A stretch of 64,000 bases of DNA, taken from positions 2,776,882-2,840,881 of the forward strand of contig JAWQFM010000001.1 of assembly GCA_033442325.1 (NCBI GenBank). The letters are read 5' to 3'. Numbering within the stretch: the stretch's first letter is position 1; each line of letters starts with the position of its first letter. Shown here piece after piece: positions 15,665 through 38,082 of this stretch. The DNA is from Salpingoeca rosetta. Taxonomy: Eukaryota; Protista; Choanoflagellata. The notes beneath the pieces were generated by a model. That model was not told the origin of the DNA, did not search any database, and saw only the letters and a program-made list of their open reading frames with translations. A program made the translations under genes and the position numbers.

Positions 15665-17280
15665 GCTTTAGAACAGGGGCTGCAAGGCTGTTGCCGCCAA
15701 AGGCCCACTGGCGATGGCAGGGTACTCGGTGACGATGTTGCTCGCAGGTCGAAGAAAGCGGCGGCTGTTGCTGCTACTACTGCTGCACATCACCGACGAA
15801 AAGCGACAGCACACAAGCTCACGCACGCACGAACACACGCGTGCGCACAAGCGGTGGTGGTGTGTGGGACCTGTCTCTCTGCAAAGGGGCGATTGTGGTG
15901 GGGGGGGGGAGGTGTTGATGTGTTAGATTTGGTAGGGGTGGGGAGGGGTAAGGAGAAAGTCCAGTGAACGTTGGTATGCAGGCATGCGTGTGGATATGCG
16001 TGTGCGTGCGTGTGTGTGTGAATTGTGTGTGCATTGTGTGTGTGCATATGTGCTTGTATCTGTATGCGTGCGTGTGTGCACACACATTCTGGGACATACA
16101 ATGTTGCGCTGACGCGCATACACAGAGCTGTGCATTAGAACAAACGCATGTGGCTTAATCCACGCTTCAACTCAACAACATGTATGTGATACAGAAGAAG
16201 AGGAACGTGTGGGTGGATCAAATGCGGGGGCGAACGTGCACATTCAATTACAACTGCTGTCCGCGCATGGCGGCAGCGCCTACCTGTTGTTGTACGGCGC
16301 GGAGTGTTGGGGTGTGGGTGGATTCTGTGGAAAGCAAACACGGTGATGGGCGCAAACGGAAGCGCAGCACAGGCACAAGTAGGGAAAGCGGTGACATGTG
16401 AACAAATGCTTGCTGTGCGAACGCGCGTTGACATATGTGTGGTGAGCGAACTGTTGTGTGGGTGCAGATAATGAGCGGTCAGAGCAATGCAAAGAAAAGG
16501 TGGAGCTTGGTAATCCCCATTCATGTGCTTGCTGGGCGCGCCTCACTAACAAACCTTTGGTGTTGTTGGGGTAGATGTTGGCTATCTGGTTGCGGCTGGT
16601 GGAGAACCAACAGCGGAGCGCAGCGCGTAACAGAAAGAAGGACGGGATGTGATGGGCCGTGGTGGTGATTGGTGAATAGTTAGCGTCAACCCACACACAG
16701 CGTTGAAAACACCAAATGCGGGAGCCAGTGGCCAAACAATACCACACACAAAACAAGCAGGGTGTACCCCAACGGTCACACGTGAACAATCACAGCAAGG
16801 TGCGCACACATGGACGAACAACGTTGGTCACAAGCAAAAGCAAAGCAGAGGGGAAAAAAAGAGAATAAGGTGAGTTTGTTTGCTTGGGGGTGTCAAGGAA
16901 AACAGGTGCAAGTTCTCTCACATGCGCCTTGTTCACCGTTGTGTGGGTTGTTGGTGTTGGAGTCATGCCAACAATCACACACGCACATGTGTCACACCTT
17001 CTCCGGTCACCCCCCATACGAAGCAACGCGCGGTTGCTTTCCCTCCTTTCCTTACCCTTTTTCCTCCTTGTTTCCTCTCGTTGTTGGTGTGTGTTGTTGT
17101 GTGTGTCTTTTTGCTTGTGCCTTGTGGCGGTTGTAGAAATTCTGTCGATGTTTCCCCAGATATGGCGCGACCAATTCCCCAACCACTTCTGGCTGCAAAT
17201 TGCAGACACAGCCACGCAATTTGCAACGGCTTCTGCTTCTGCTGCTGTGTGTTTGTGTGTGTGTGTGTGTGCTGTGTGCT

Positions 17281-17315
<35 letters not shown>

Positions 17316-18293
17316 GTGTGTGTGTGCTGGTGTGTGTGTGTGCATGTTTGAATCTCTCTTCTCTCTCTCTCTGTCTTTCTGTGGAGAAAGAACCACTGGC
17401 TGGGAGGACAATCAAAACATCTTCCAGGAACCTTCCAGGGACAACCCAAGCCCACACGATATAATACAGCAAGAGGTAAAGCAACCAAGCTACGCACACC
17501 ACACACACGCATAGACAGACAGGCAGACACACACACACACACACACACATACACACACACACACACACAAACACAGCGACAGCCTATGGCAACCAAAGAA
17601 GAAGGAATCAAAATGTCACATGAACAAAAGTGGGCGCAGTGAACAAGGCGAGGGCAAGATACAAACAGATGCAGATAAGAGTGGCGGGAGGGGGAGCAGA
17701 CAGGTGGGGAAGGTCGGAAGGCAGGAAGGCAGGAAGTAGGAAGACAGGAGGGAGGCAAAGAAAGAAAGGAAGAAAGACAGCAACAAAAGACAGATGAAGG
17801 AGAGCAGCTATCGTGGGCAATCAAATGGGGAGGGGGGCAGCCGCAGTACTGCAACATGTGGGCACTGAAGTTCCAACTCCCATACAAAGTGCAAAGGAGG
17901 GGGGAGAGGAAGGGGTTGCAGTTAAACGGCCGACATGGTTGGGGGTTGGATTGGATTCAGATGGTAACAGAGCAACGCGTGGTGGGAGTAGGGGGAAAGA
18001 CGTCGCTGTAGACAGGAGCGGTGCGGTGCAAAGGAGGGAGTGAAGGAAGGAGAGTGGGTACATTGGTCGATGGTGCTTGTAGAAGCATGTGCGTGCCTGT
18101 GTGTACGTGTGCACGCGTGTGTACGCGTGTATGTGTTAGCGAGTGCGTGGACAACACCAATAAGAACAACAGGAAAAAACCCCCTACAACAGTCGAGATA
18201 ACACAGGAACAACAATGAAAAGTCACCAACCGAGATAACAACAACAACCACAAGAAAGAACAACAACAACCACAAGAAAGAACAACAAATAAA

Positions 18294-18434
<141 letters not shown>

Positions 18435-18853
18435 CCACAATCAAGGAAGAACACTCTCTCAGAGCTTCAGAGTAGTAGTCACTGCGAGGGCTCAACCACA
18501 CTACGTTGCATCCATCCCAAGAGCCATCATCCACACATGTTGTGCTGCTGTGCTCAACCAAACCACGGCGGAGCCACACGCAAAGTCACCCACGCAGGAA
18601 GGCAACATGCGCATGCTCAAGAACACGCACGTGGGAGGCAGAGCACAGCCGACACTGTGGGGAGTGTGACACGAGGAAAGGGGAACACAACGCAGTAGGG
18701 AGCACCAACCGCTCATACCTTTTACGTTTACCATCACTGAGAGCCTCCTTCATTTCAACACACACACACAGACACAGACAGACACAGACAGACACAGACA
18801 GACACACATAGGGCGTGTATCGTACCTGCGTGATTTTAAGCCGTTGTGTTGTT

Positions 18854-19357
18854 TTACACAACAGCAACGACGACGCGACGTGGCGGGGGTCCACTGTGTT
18901 CCTTGAGCTTGCTTGGGTCAACATCCGGCACGGTCTCATCGACGGGAAGCGAGGACGTGGTTGACGAGTGTCGTCGTCGGCTCTGACGTGAGGGTGTTGC
19001 ATGGCGCGTGTGTCTGATGGAAGAAGCATTGCTGCGATTGTGATTGGGGTTGGTGCTGGTGTTGTGTTGTTGTTGCACTGGGGGCGATGTTGCTGCTCGA
19101 TGGCCGTTCATGGCGGTGGTTGTTTGCTCCGGAGCTTGTTGCCCGTGTGGTTGCCTGTGCTGCTCCTGCTGTGCTTGTGCTTGTCGCTGTTGTGGTTGCT
19201 GTCGCTGTTGCTGTTGTGGTTGCTGTTGTACCTGTCGCTGTGCTGGCGTGTCAACACCACCACTACCACCACCAGCAGCAGCGCTGTTGTTGGTCTCGTG
19301 GTACTGCCCTTCAGCGTGTTTTCCCTTGTCCTCACAGCCGCAGCAGGTGTTGCCCAT
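18854..19357 (-). CDS. Small Q-rich protein with MGNTCCGC N-terminus (predicted myristoylation plus palmitoylation)
   Basis: Open ORF from ATG 19357 (MGNTCCGCEDK) to TAA 18854. Gly2 with clustered Cys is the classic dual-acylation pattern. No recognisable folded domain. An alternative upstream ATG lies at 19399. Confidence 0.55.
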   Translation of the reverse strand: MGNTCCGCEDKGKHAEGQYHETNNSAAAGGGSGGVDTPAQRQVQQQPQQQQRQQPQQRQAQAQQEQHRQPHGQQAPEQTTTAMNGHRAATSPPVQQQHNTSTNPNHNRSNASSIRHTRHATPSRQSRRRHSSTTSSLPVDETVPDVDPSKLKEHSGPPPRRVVVAVV

Positions 19358-19500
19358 ATCGAGTGTTGTTGCCGTGGTGAGAAAAATCCATGATATCATT
19401 TACAAACCGTCCACAACCAGCAGCACAAGCACAACAACAGCGACAACAGAGCGAAGAAGGAAGCAACCATTGAACAGACCAACTTCACAGTCGCCAAACC
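19358..19500. promoter_or_regulatory. Very short divergent (bidirectional) promoter region
   Basis: 143 bp separate the head-to-head start codons at 19357 (-) and 19501 (+). Confidence 0.45.
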
Positions 19501-22832
<3,332 letters not shown>

Positions 22833-23958
22833 TACCAAGCGTCAACACCAGCGACAACAGCAGCAACAACTCAGCTGACATTAAACCCCTTATGTTATTT
22901 GCCTCTCTCTTGCACCGGCTTCACAAGAGGGTGCGCCTCAATCTTATGTAGTCGACATTGTAATGCAATTTAATTGTAACACACCATCGTCGCTGTCGCG
23001 ATACCCAACTACTCGCACTTTTTCTTCTGCTTTGGGATGCTTGCGCGACTGCCCGAGCTTAAAGCTATTGCCTACAAGTTTTATTGCGACGAGCGAAACG
23101 AGCGTCTCAGCCAACATTCACGCAACACAAACGCACGTACACACAGCCGAAGTGCCCACACACACACAGGAAGCATGTCACACAAGACACACGCGACAAA
23201 CACACACAGACAGACACATGAACAGACGCACCAGCAGACAGACACACACACACACACACGCAACACGTGTACCTCCAGTCAACCAAACAACACACGCACA
23301 GCTTCGCCAGGCATTGCGCCTTTTCTGGCCAGGGGAGAAAGAGGAAAGAGAGAAGAAAGAAAGATACAAAATGGAAGAGGAAGAAAGGACAAGGGGAAAT
23401 AAGATGGGCAGGAAAGGGAACAAACAAAACACAGGTGTGCACACTCAAAAATACACATGTGCACACCAGAGCACGGCAATCACAGCATGCACTGGGCCGC
23501 GGAGAAAGCAGCCCACAACAAACACACAGCCACACATGGACAAGCCAGTTAATAAAACTACAACAATTACACACCAGCACACCGAAGCCTCATGCAAAAC
23601 CGCGCACGCACGCAACGCCCAGACGGAAAACCAAACAACAACAAGAACAACAAGAACAACAACAGCCACAAGACGAACAAGAACAACAAGATCAGCGTGG
23701 TGTCAGCCCAGCAGTGCATCCAAAAACCCAACAGCAGCCGAGGCCGCTCAAACAACAGAGGAGAGGGGAGAGGGGAGGGAAAGAACAAGGAAAGAGGAAA
23801 CAGAAACGAGAAGAAAAGGAATCGGCGCGTGCATCGTGTTTGCGTTTGCATCTGCCACCTGACATTGTCGAAGGTTGCAACAGCAGCGGCAGAAAGGAGA
23901 AGAGAGAGAGAGAGAGGTAGGGGGAGGAGAGAGGACGGGCACACACGGCGGCGGCACA

Positions 23959-30566
<6,608 letters not shown>

Positions 30567-30677
30567 GTGTGTGCGTCTGTGTGTGTGTGTACTGCGTGTT
30601 GTTGTAGTGGTTCTGCATGGGATCGATCGACGACGAACAGGAGCCAGAGGTGAGCATGGCACGAAGCACTACGACGA

Positions 30678-30726
<49 letters not shown>

Positions 30727-31115
30727 CACTTGCACCAGGCAGTGCATCTGGCTGCACTCAACAAGACACACAGCGAGCTTGCTCACACCTCAGTCAGCCG
30801 TGGCTGTCGGGGGGCTGAGCGCTGTTGTCGTTTGCTGTGTGCCCACTGCAGATAGACAGAAGAAAACGAAAAAAACGGGCGGTGCGGGAACAAGTGCTTT
30901 TGCGTGCGAGTCGTATGCTCAACTATCCACCGCAGAGAAAAAAACGAACTCGGCCCGTTACTCTGGCACCAAATCCTTCCACGCATATATCATAAAAAAA
31001 AACACAAAGGCAAGAAGGCAGGACTGACAGTGGCAGCACACCAGCACAGCATCTTCCCATATCATCTCCCAACATCGCCCTCCGTCAGCGTAGAAGTGCA
31101 GCGCCAACAAGACGA

Positions 31116-32747
31116 ATGGCGAGATGCTCGTTTCTGCCACCAACGCGTTCGGCGAATGTGTTGGAGAAGGCATGGTACTGGTGCAAGTCCAGCTTGTTGG
31201 CAGAAGCGTGCGTAGCCGCGTTGCTTCGCGCGATGCAGTGGACAACGGGGGGCACGGGCCTCAAGGGAGTGGTGGTGGTTCTGGCACACCCACGCAGCGG
31301 ATCCACAAAGCTGCTCGCGGACCTGCACAACTCACAAGCAGAGGAGCAAGCCTGCCCGTTCTTGGTGGAAGGTGAAATCTTGAACCACGCCGTGGAGCGA
31401 TACGGCAACTTCGAGGGCTGCAGTACGTGGCGGTGCCAGTTGCACATTCAAGCCTGCGTGGCCACGGCAGTGCTCAGACATCGCATCATGTCATGGTGGT
31501 GCTCCTGGTTGCGACGGTGGTGTTGCAAGACCACAGCCAACAAGCACGCAGAAGAACAACATGGACCACACGTGCAGCGAGAGCAGCAGCAAGAGCAAAC
31601 GCAACAAGGGCAAGAGCAAACGCAACAACAAGAGCAAACACTACAACAACGGCAAACACAACAATTTAAACAACAACAACAACAACGACGACGACGACGA
31701 CAACAACAGCAACTAGAGCAACAGCAACTTAAACAACAACAACAGCGACAACGAAGTCAGGAACAACGCGCGAACGAAGCAACACTTGTGCATGAGGAGC
31801 AGGGCGTAAGCGTGGTGTTCAAGGTGTTCCCAGAACAGCTGCACCACCTCAAGCTGGCTCTGCGTGATGTGCTGAGCTGCATCCCAGTTGTGGCTGTGAT
31901 CGTGCTGTATCGTCGCAGTTTGCTCGACTCGTACACATCGCTGCAACTGGCCTTTTCTACCAACGTGTGGGCGAACGTTGTGAGTGCTGGCCTTGGCAGT
32001 GCGCACGATGCGCAGCAGCAACAATCGCACCACGATGCAGCGCTGCCTGCAGCCAGAAGCAGGGAGATGGACAGCTCCACGCAGCGGCCGGCGTATGTGG
32101 CCATCAGTGAAGACGACTTTGACGAGTGGTGTGGAACACTGCTGGAAGAGATGGACCAGAGTGTCCAGGATGTGCCCATCGAACGCGCCATCATCCTTTG
32201 CTACGAAGACACCATTGCACGAGCAAGCCACCAGCAACACCACCAGCAGCAACACCACTTGCCCAGGCACCGTACACAGACAATTTGTGCCCCAGCGCCA
32301 CGCATGATCAGCGGCACAGTGGACAATCCCTACCTCGCCCAACTGCTCGCCGCTTTACGTCATATGTGGCCCCGCGAATGCACTGCCAACAAGAGGGGTA
32401 GACCACCGGCAGCATTGACAGCACCGACAGTTCCGCTTGATGGATCCTGGTGGGGAAGAAAGACGGGGGAAGGCGTTGGCCCTCACATTCACGTGAAGCG
32501 CTCGCACTTGCAGGCTGTTCCCATCCTCAGCAGTGACGTTGCGGGTCGCGATGATGGTGGTCGCAGCGGCGGCAGCGGCGGCGGCGGCGGTGGTGGTGAC
32601 GAGCACAGGGATCCTGCTGGAAGGTGTGAAGGCGCTTGTCAACCGAGTGGCATCTCAGCCAACCACCCATTGCGCAGGCGGCAGCTCTACATTGGCGAAG
32701 CACGCGACGCACCTGTGCTTCGAGCATCGATCCTGAACAGCGGTTGA
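31116..32747 (+). CDS. Intronless sulfotransferase, Stf0/NodH-like PAPS-dependent family, with polyQ insertion
   Basis: 543-codon ORF with a 5'-PSB loop (VVVLAHPRSGSTKLLADL), a 3'-PB motif (VIVLYRRSLLDSYTS...TNVW), VFKVFPEQL and ILCYED, in the order seen in Stf0-type sulfotransferases. Confidence 0.7.
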   Translation: MARCSFLPPTRSANVLEKAWYWCKSSLLAEACVAALLRAMQWTTGGTGLKGVVVVLAHPRSGSTKLLADLHNSQAEEQACPFLVEGEILNHAVERYGNFEGCSTWRCQLHIQACVATAVLRHRIMSWWCSWLRRWCCKTTANKHAEEQHGPHVQREQQQEQTQQGQEQTQQQEQTLQQRQTQQFKQQQQQRRRRRQQQQLEQQQLKQQQQRQRSQEQRANEATLVHEEQGVSVVFKVFPEQLHHLKLALRDVLSCIPVVAVIVLYRRSLLDSYTSLQLAFSTNVWANVVSAGLGSAHDAQQQQSHHDAALPAARSREMDSSTQRPAYVAISEDDFDEWCGTLLEEMDQSVQDVPIERAIILCYEDTIARASHQQHHQQQHHLPRHRTQTICAPAPRMISGTVDNPYLAQLLAALRHMWPRECTANKRGRPPAALTAPTVPLDGSWWGRKTGEGVGPHIHVKRSHLQAVPILSSDVAGRDDGGRSGGSGGGGGGGDEHRDPAGRCEGACQPSGISANHPLRRRQLYIGEARDAPVLRASILNSG

Positions 32748-32757
32748 GCGGGAGTGG

Positions 32758-32790
<33 letters not shown>

Positions 32791-33264
32791 GTGTGTATGT
32801 GTGTGTGTGTGTGTTTGTTTGTGTGAGTGTGTATGTGTGTGTGTGTGTGTGTGTATGTTTGTGTGAGTTTTCATCTGTCGGCCCTTTCCGAACGCACTTC
32901 AAGCTGACACTCTTGTTGAGGCTTCTGGGTTTATCATCAGACATGCATCAAACCAAAGTGCGCACGTGTGTCGTAACAAACATTCAAGGTGTCAAACCAA
33001 GTCAACCGTACCAACAGCAACAACAGCAGCAACAACAAGAACGGCAAGGCAAGGCAAGCAAGCAACCAACTCACATCGAGGAGGGCGTAACAGCAGTCAG
33101 TTGGGAATGAATACACACCAACAAGATACACAGCAACAAGCAACACAAGGGAGCAAGCGAATCAACAGTATGTGGTGGATGACCACATGTGCGCGTGTGC
33201 GCGCATGTGTGGTCCCATGCGAACGCACGAGGGTGCAGCGGCTTGGCGCAATCAACAGCAGCGG

Positions 33265-34675
33265 TTACACGACGGTCTTGCGTGTCTCCGGAACCTTGCT
33301 CAGATTGGTCGCCACCTTCTCTGCCTTTTGCCGAGCAGCCCGCCTGCGCGCCTCGGAGGACGACGATGATGATGGTGTGCCCGAGGTTGAGCTATGGGCA
33401 TAGCCTGTCCTGTGGCTGTGCTGCGGCGTGCGTGACGCTGAAGACGAAGACGAGGAGGAGGAGGTGCTGGTGGCAGCGGTTCGCCCTGCTGTTGGTGTCT
33501 GTGCAGGCGCCTGGTACTGCTGCTGCTGCTGCTGTTGCTGTTGTTGCTGAGGTCTGGGTGCGCTTGCGGTCTTGAAGGCCTCCTCGTCGTTCTTGCTGCC
33601 CTGCCCAAGGCCGGTCTTCTTCAGGTTCATGCTGATGCTCTTGCTCAGGTTGACTGTCGGGATGTGCGCCTTGCCCGTGATCCAGGGGTGCTGCAGCACC
33701 TGGCACGTGTCGTAGCGCTTGATGGGGTCGACCACGAGCATGTTGGAGATGAGGTGCTTGGCCTCCTTGGAGATGTCCTTCCAGTACCGCTCGTCAAAGT
33801 CAAACCGGCCCTTCATGATGAGCTCAAAGAGCACGGCGTCTGATTCGTCGTAGAATGGCGGGTAACCGCACAGCAGGATGAACAGGATGACGCCGAGCGA
33901 CCACACGTCCACCTGCTTGCCGTAGCCGCGCTGCATCAGAATCTCGGGGGACACGTAGTTGGGCGTGCCACACGCCGTCTGCAAACGAAGGAGTGGAGGG
34001 AGGGGGCGGGGATAGATGTGAGGAAGGAGTGCACGAAGTGAGATGGTTGTGAAGAGGGAAATAAGGACGGGTAGCGAGCGCACAGGCTTGAAACGCCCGC
34101 ACAACAAGCGCATTGTGTAATGAAGGCAGTCTTGTCATTGCCAGTCAAACGAACGACGTGACAGACACAACGACACAGGCAAACACACATATTTAGACAC
34201 AGCGTTACAGGTTCACACAGCACACAGCACACACGCACACAGACCTTGAGGACGACGTTGTCGTTGAGGAGCTTGGCGAGGCCAAAGTCCGTGACGAGAA
34301 TGTCAGAGTTTGGGCTGCGGTCACGGAAGAGCAGGTTCTCTGGCTTGAGGTCGCGGTGCACAATGCCTTGCTCGTGCAGGTATTGGATGGCTTCTGTCAT
34401 CTGCTTTGTGATGCGGCTCGCGTCGGCCTCTGTGAAGTTGCCCTGAAGCATGGACATGGCGGTTGCAGCAGGAACGTGAGCGCTTGAGATTTGGGGGGGG
34501 GGGGAAGAGGGCAAGGAAAGAAGCAGAGCAGAGCGATGGTGCGCAGAGCAAGGGCAAGCAAGTACAATTGAACACACGCACACACATGGACACAAACAAG
34601 GAGGCAGGCGGAGATGGACAAACAGGGAGGCAGAGATTGAAAGGGCGCGCATCCATACACACGCACACACACACG

Positions 34676-34760
<85 letters not shown>

Positions 34761-34882
34761 NNNNNNNNNNNNNNNNNNNNNNNNNNNNNNNNNNNNNNNN
34801 NNNNNNNNNNNNNNNNNNNNNNNNNNNNNNNNNNNNNNNNNNNNNNNNNNNNNNNNNNNNACACGACACACACACACGACAC

Positions 34883-34948
<66 letters not shown>

Positions 34949-35629
34949 CACGCACGCACGCACACACACACGACAGAACACAATAGACATACACGTTTAC
35001 ACACATGTTTACACACATGTGAACACAACAAACACACACCTCATCGACGATGCGGTCAAAGAGCTCGCCACCGGAGACGTAGTCGAGGACGAGGTAGAGC
35101 TTATCTGGGGTGTCGAAGCACTCGTGCATGCCGACAATGTACTTGTGCTTGACTTTCTTCAGGACGCTGATCTCCGTCTCAATCATGTCCTCCTTGCCTG
35201 CACAGAGGGCCTTGTTGATAATCTTGCACGCGTACTTCTGCTTGGTGCCACGGTGCTCAGCGAGCCGCACCACGGCAAAGTTGCCTGTGCCGAGCTCCTG
35301 CCCAAACTTGTAGGCGCGCTCCACATCGCTCTGGGTGAACCCGTAATAAAAGGCCATGGTGGGAGGTTAGTGTGACATGAGGAACCGCAGGCACCAACGT
35401 CGAAAATGGACATGCATTCATTCATGCCCTGCACTTGCAGAACCACGTCATTGCACCAAACCAACAGCAGAGATGAAAGGCGTTTGTTCACACACATACA
35501 CACACATACACACACCTTTGCGTGGCGGGTGGTGATGCGCTTGACGCTCTGCACCATCTTCTTGAAGGCGGAAGGCGATGAGGCCTGCTCCTTGGCTGGC
35601 TCCACGCTGGTCTGAGGGTCATTGTTCAT
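33265..35629 (-). CDS. Ca2+/calmodulin-dependent protein kinase I-like Ser/Thr kinase
   Basis: Exons ~35629-35516, 35330-35040, 34443-34244 and 33978-33265. GTGNFAVV, YACK, GGELFDRIV, HRDLKPENLL, DFGLAK, TACGTPNYVSPE, DVWSLGVILFILLCGYPPFYDE. A CACTAAC branch point lies before the 35330 acceptor. Confidence 0.92.
34761..34860. other. Assembly gap (100 N) inside a (CA)n intron
   Basis: Run of n characters flanked by CA repeats. Confidence 1.
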
Positions 35630-36220
35630 CTTCGTTTGTCTCCTTGTTCAAACGGAGGGCGAGGGGGAGAGGTACGTCTGACAAGGGCGACGTTGGCGTG
35701 ATCAAAGGAAGGAAGGGCTCACGACAGCAGCAGCAGCAGTAGAGGCGGCGACAGCAGGTAGCAGCAGAGGAGAAGAAGAACTCAAGCGTTTGAGTGGTTG
35801 GATGGATGCTGGATGGGTGGATGTGAAACTGATCAAACTGTTTGAGGAGAGAAGAAACACACTGTGGTTGGTTTGGTCAACAAACAAACAGGGAGGAAAG
35901 AGTGCAAGCAAGCCAACGAACGCGCAGCGCTCAAAGCGTGTGTGGAATGCCAGGCATGAGAGCAATGCCAGCCAGCCAGCAGTCGCGCAAGTGCATACTG
36001 GCTGGCTCGTTGGTGGGAAGCTGGTGTGTGTGTGATTTGTGTGTTTCGTCAGGCATGCGTGCGTTTGGATGGTGGCGTTGGTCATCATTCGCCACCAGAG
36101 AAAAGCGTTGTTGCAAATTGCAAACGACCGTTCCTGCAATTGGAAAAGAGGGTGCACAGAAACACAGACGAACTGCACACACAAACACGCACACACACAG
36201 AGCACACAAACACACACACG

Positions 36221-36258
<38 letters not shown>

Positions 36259-36940
36259 CACACACACACAGCACACGCACAGCACACGCACAGACACACA
36301 CACGCACACACACAGCACACGCACACACACAACGACTCTTCTTCTGTGACGATGGTCGAGCAAGCTGTAGAGCTGTGGTATTCGTTTCATGCACTCATGT
36401 GAACTGAACTGAGGAAGTGATACCGGTGGCGCAGAGGTCACATGCACATGTACACAAACACCCACAGCCACAAGAAGGATAGCTAACTGCACACGGCACT
36501 GCGGCACCCATATCGACGTAACAGTGGAGAGGCAGTGACAACGTGTTCACACAAAACAAACACGCTTTCAACCAGACATGCGCGAAGGCACACACACACA
36601 CACACATGCATCTACAAACGCCCACACACACACATGCATCTACAAACGCCCACGCACAGCTTCAAACACACACACATATACAAACAGCACTCCCCCAACA
36701 AACAAGGTCTCTCTCTCACTCACGCACTCTCTCACACGCAGTCCAACAAACGGGGACACTGGTGTCAACGAGTATCTACGATCTAGCACGCGACCCCCCC
36801 CCCCCCGGTGGATCCAAACACAGCCAGGAGGTTATGTAACTCAAACAAAAGGCAAGAGCAAGGCGGAAACAAAAAGAAGAGAAAAGAAAAGGCGGCGTGC
36901 TGAGCACACAAAAAGTGCACGCGCGTGTCTGCATGGTCTT

Positions 36941-37323
36941 CTACTTTCGCAAGAGCTGCTTGCCTTGAAACTTGGCGCGGGCGAGAACGGGTAACACCCT
37001 GCAGGAGAACACAAAAGGGCCAAAGCAAACGTTAACGTCTTGGCGAGGCCAGGAGGAAAAGGCAAACTGCACAAGGCACCACATTCATTGTCACTTGTCA
37101 TCTGTGTTTTTGTGTGTGTGTGTGTTCGCATATGCGTCAGCTTACTCTTCCGTGAGCTGGGCGAGCTGGGTTGTGGGCGCGGCCACGGGGCGTGTGCTTG
37201 ATCCACTCCACTGCCGCTGTCGCTGTGTCGCCGTCTGTCAGTCCAACACACACACACACACATCGATGAGCACCAGCAAGAACACGTGTGAGCGTAATTA
37301 CCACGCAAGAGGAGACCCCTTGC

Positions 37324-37360
<37 letters not shown>

Positions 37361-37999
37361 AAACACACAAACACGTACACACACACAAACACGTACACAC
37401 ATGCACACAACAGACGGACAGCTGTGACGCACCTCGATGGCTTGCTTCAGTTGTCGCTCCTCAACCGATGGCAGTTTGGATTTCAGATGGAACTTCTCCG
37501 CCTCCATGTCAAGCGCCTACACACGCACACACGCAGTCAGGCAGACACATACAGACATACGCACAGCACAAACAAACACAAACACACACGTGGAAGTGTC
37601 GACAGTGAGCTGGCGAATCGGCACATGTGTACATCTCATGCAACGATGAGAAATCAATCTGTGGCCGATTGAACGACCAGCAAGCAGCAAGGTCAAGCGA
37701 GCACAGCCCATACCTCCTGCACAGCCGTGAGAAACAGCTCCTTGCCAGCAAGCGTACAGCGTGTTGTCGCCGAAAAATGCAATCCACACCGCAGGGCCGC
37801 TCTGGCGATCCTCAACACGCTGCACCTGCTCATGAACACATTGGTTGTTCATGTGTGTGTGTGTGCATGAGTGAGATAATGAGGTGATGCTTGCAATTCC
37901 TGCCGTGAATCAGTCCCTCAGCACCAATCCACAAGGCACATGCACGCCAAATACGAGACAACAACACACCCACGCAAAGCCCCCCCCCCACACGCACAC

Positions 38000-38082
<83 letters not shown>

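Noticed and set aside
15668-15790. Possible uORF ending just before the CBP start codon
   Set aside because: Its ATG lies just inside what looks like a 3' splice site (TTTTCGTCGGTGATGTGCAG|), so it is probably intronic.
15800-18290. Possible gene between CBP and the acylated protein
   Set aside because: No convincing coding exons were found; it is likely CBP 5' UTR, introns and promoter.
22880-23100. AT-richer patch after SNAPC3 (and a similar one at about 61190-61430)
   Set aside because: These sit at 3' ends or in intergenic space, blend into the flanks and have no boundary repeats, so they look like ordinary UTR or terminator sequence.
35331-35357. MAFYYGFTQ as the kinase start
   Set aside because: It lies between a CACTAAC branch point and an in-phase CAG acceptor, so it is better read as the end of an intron.
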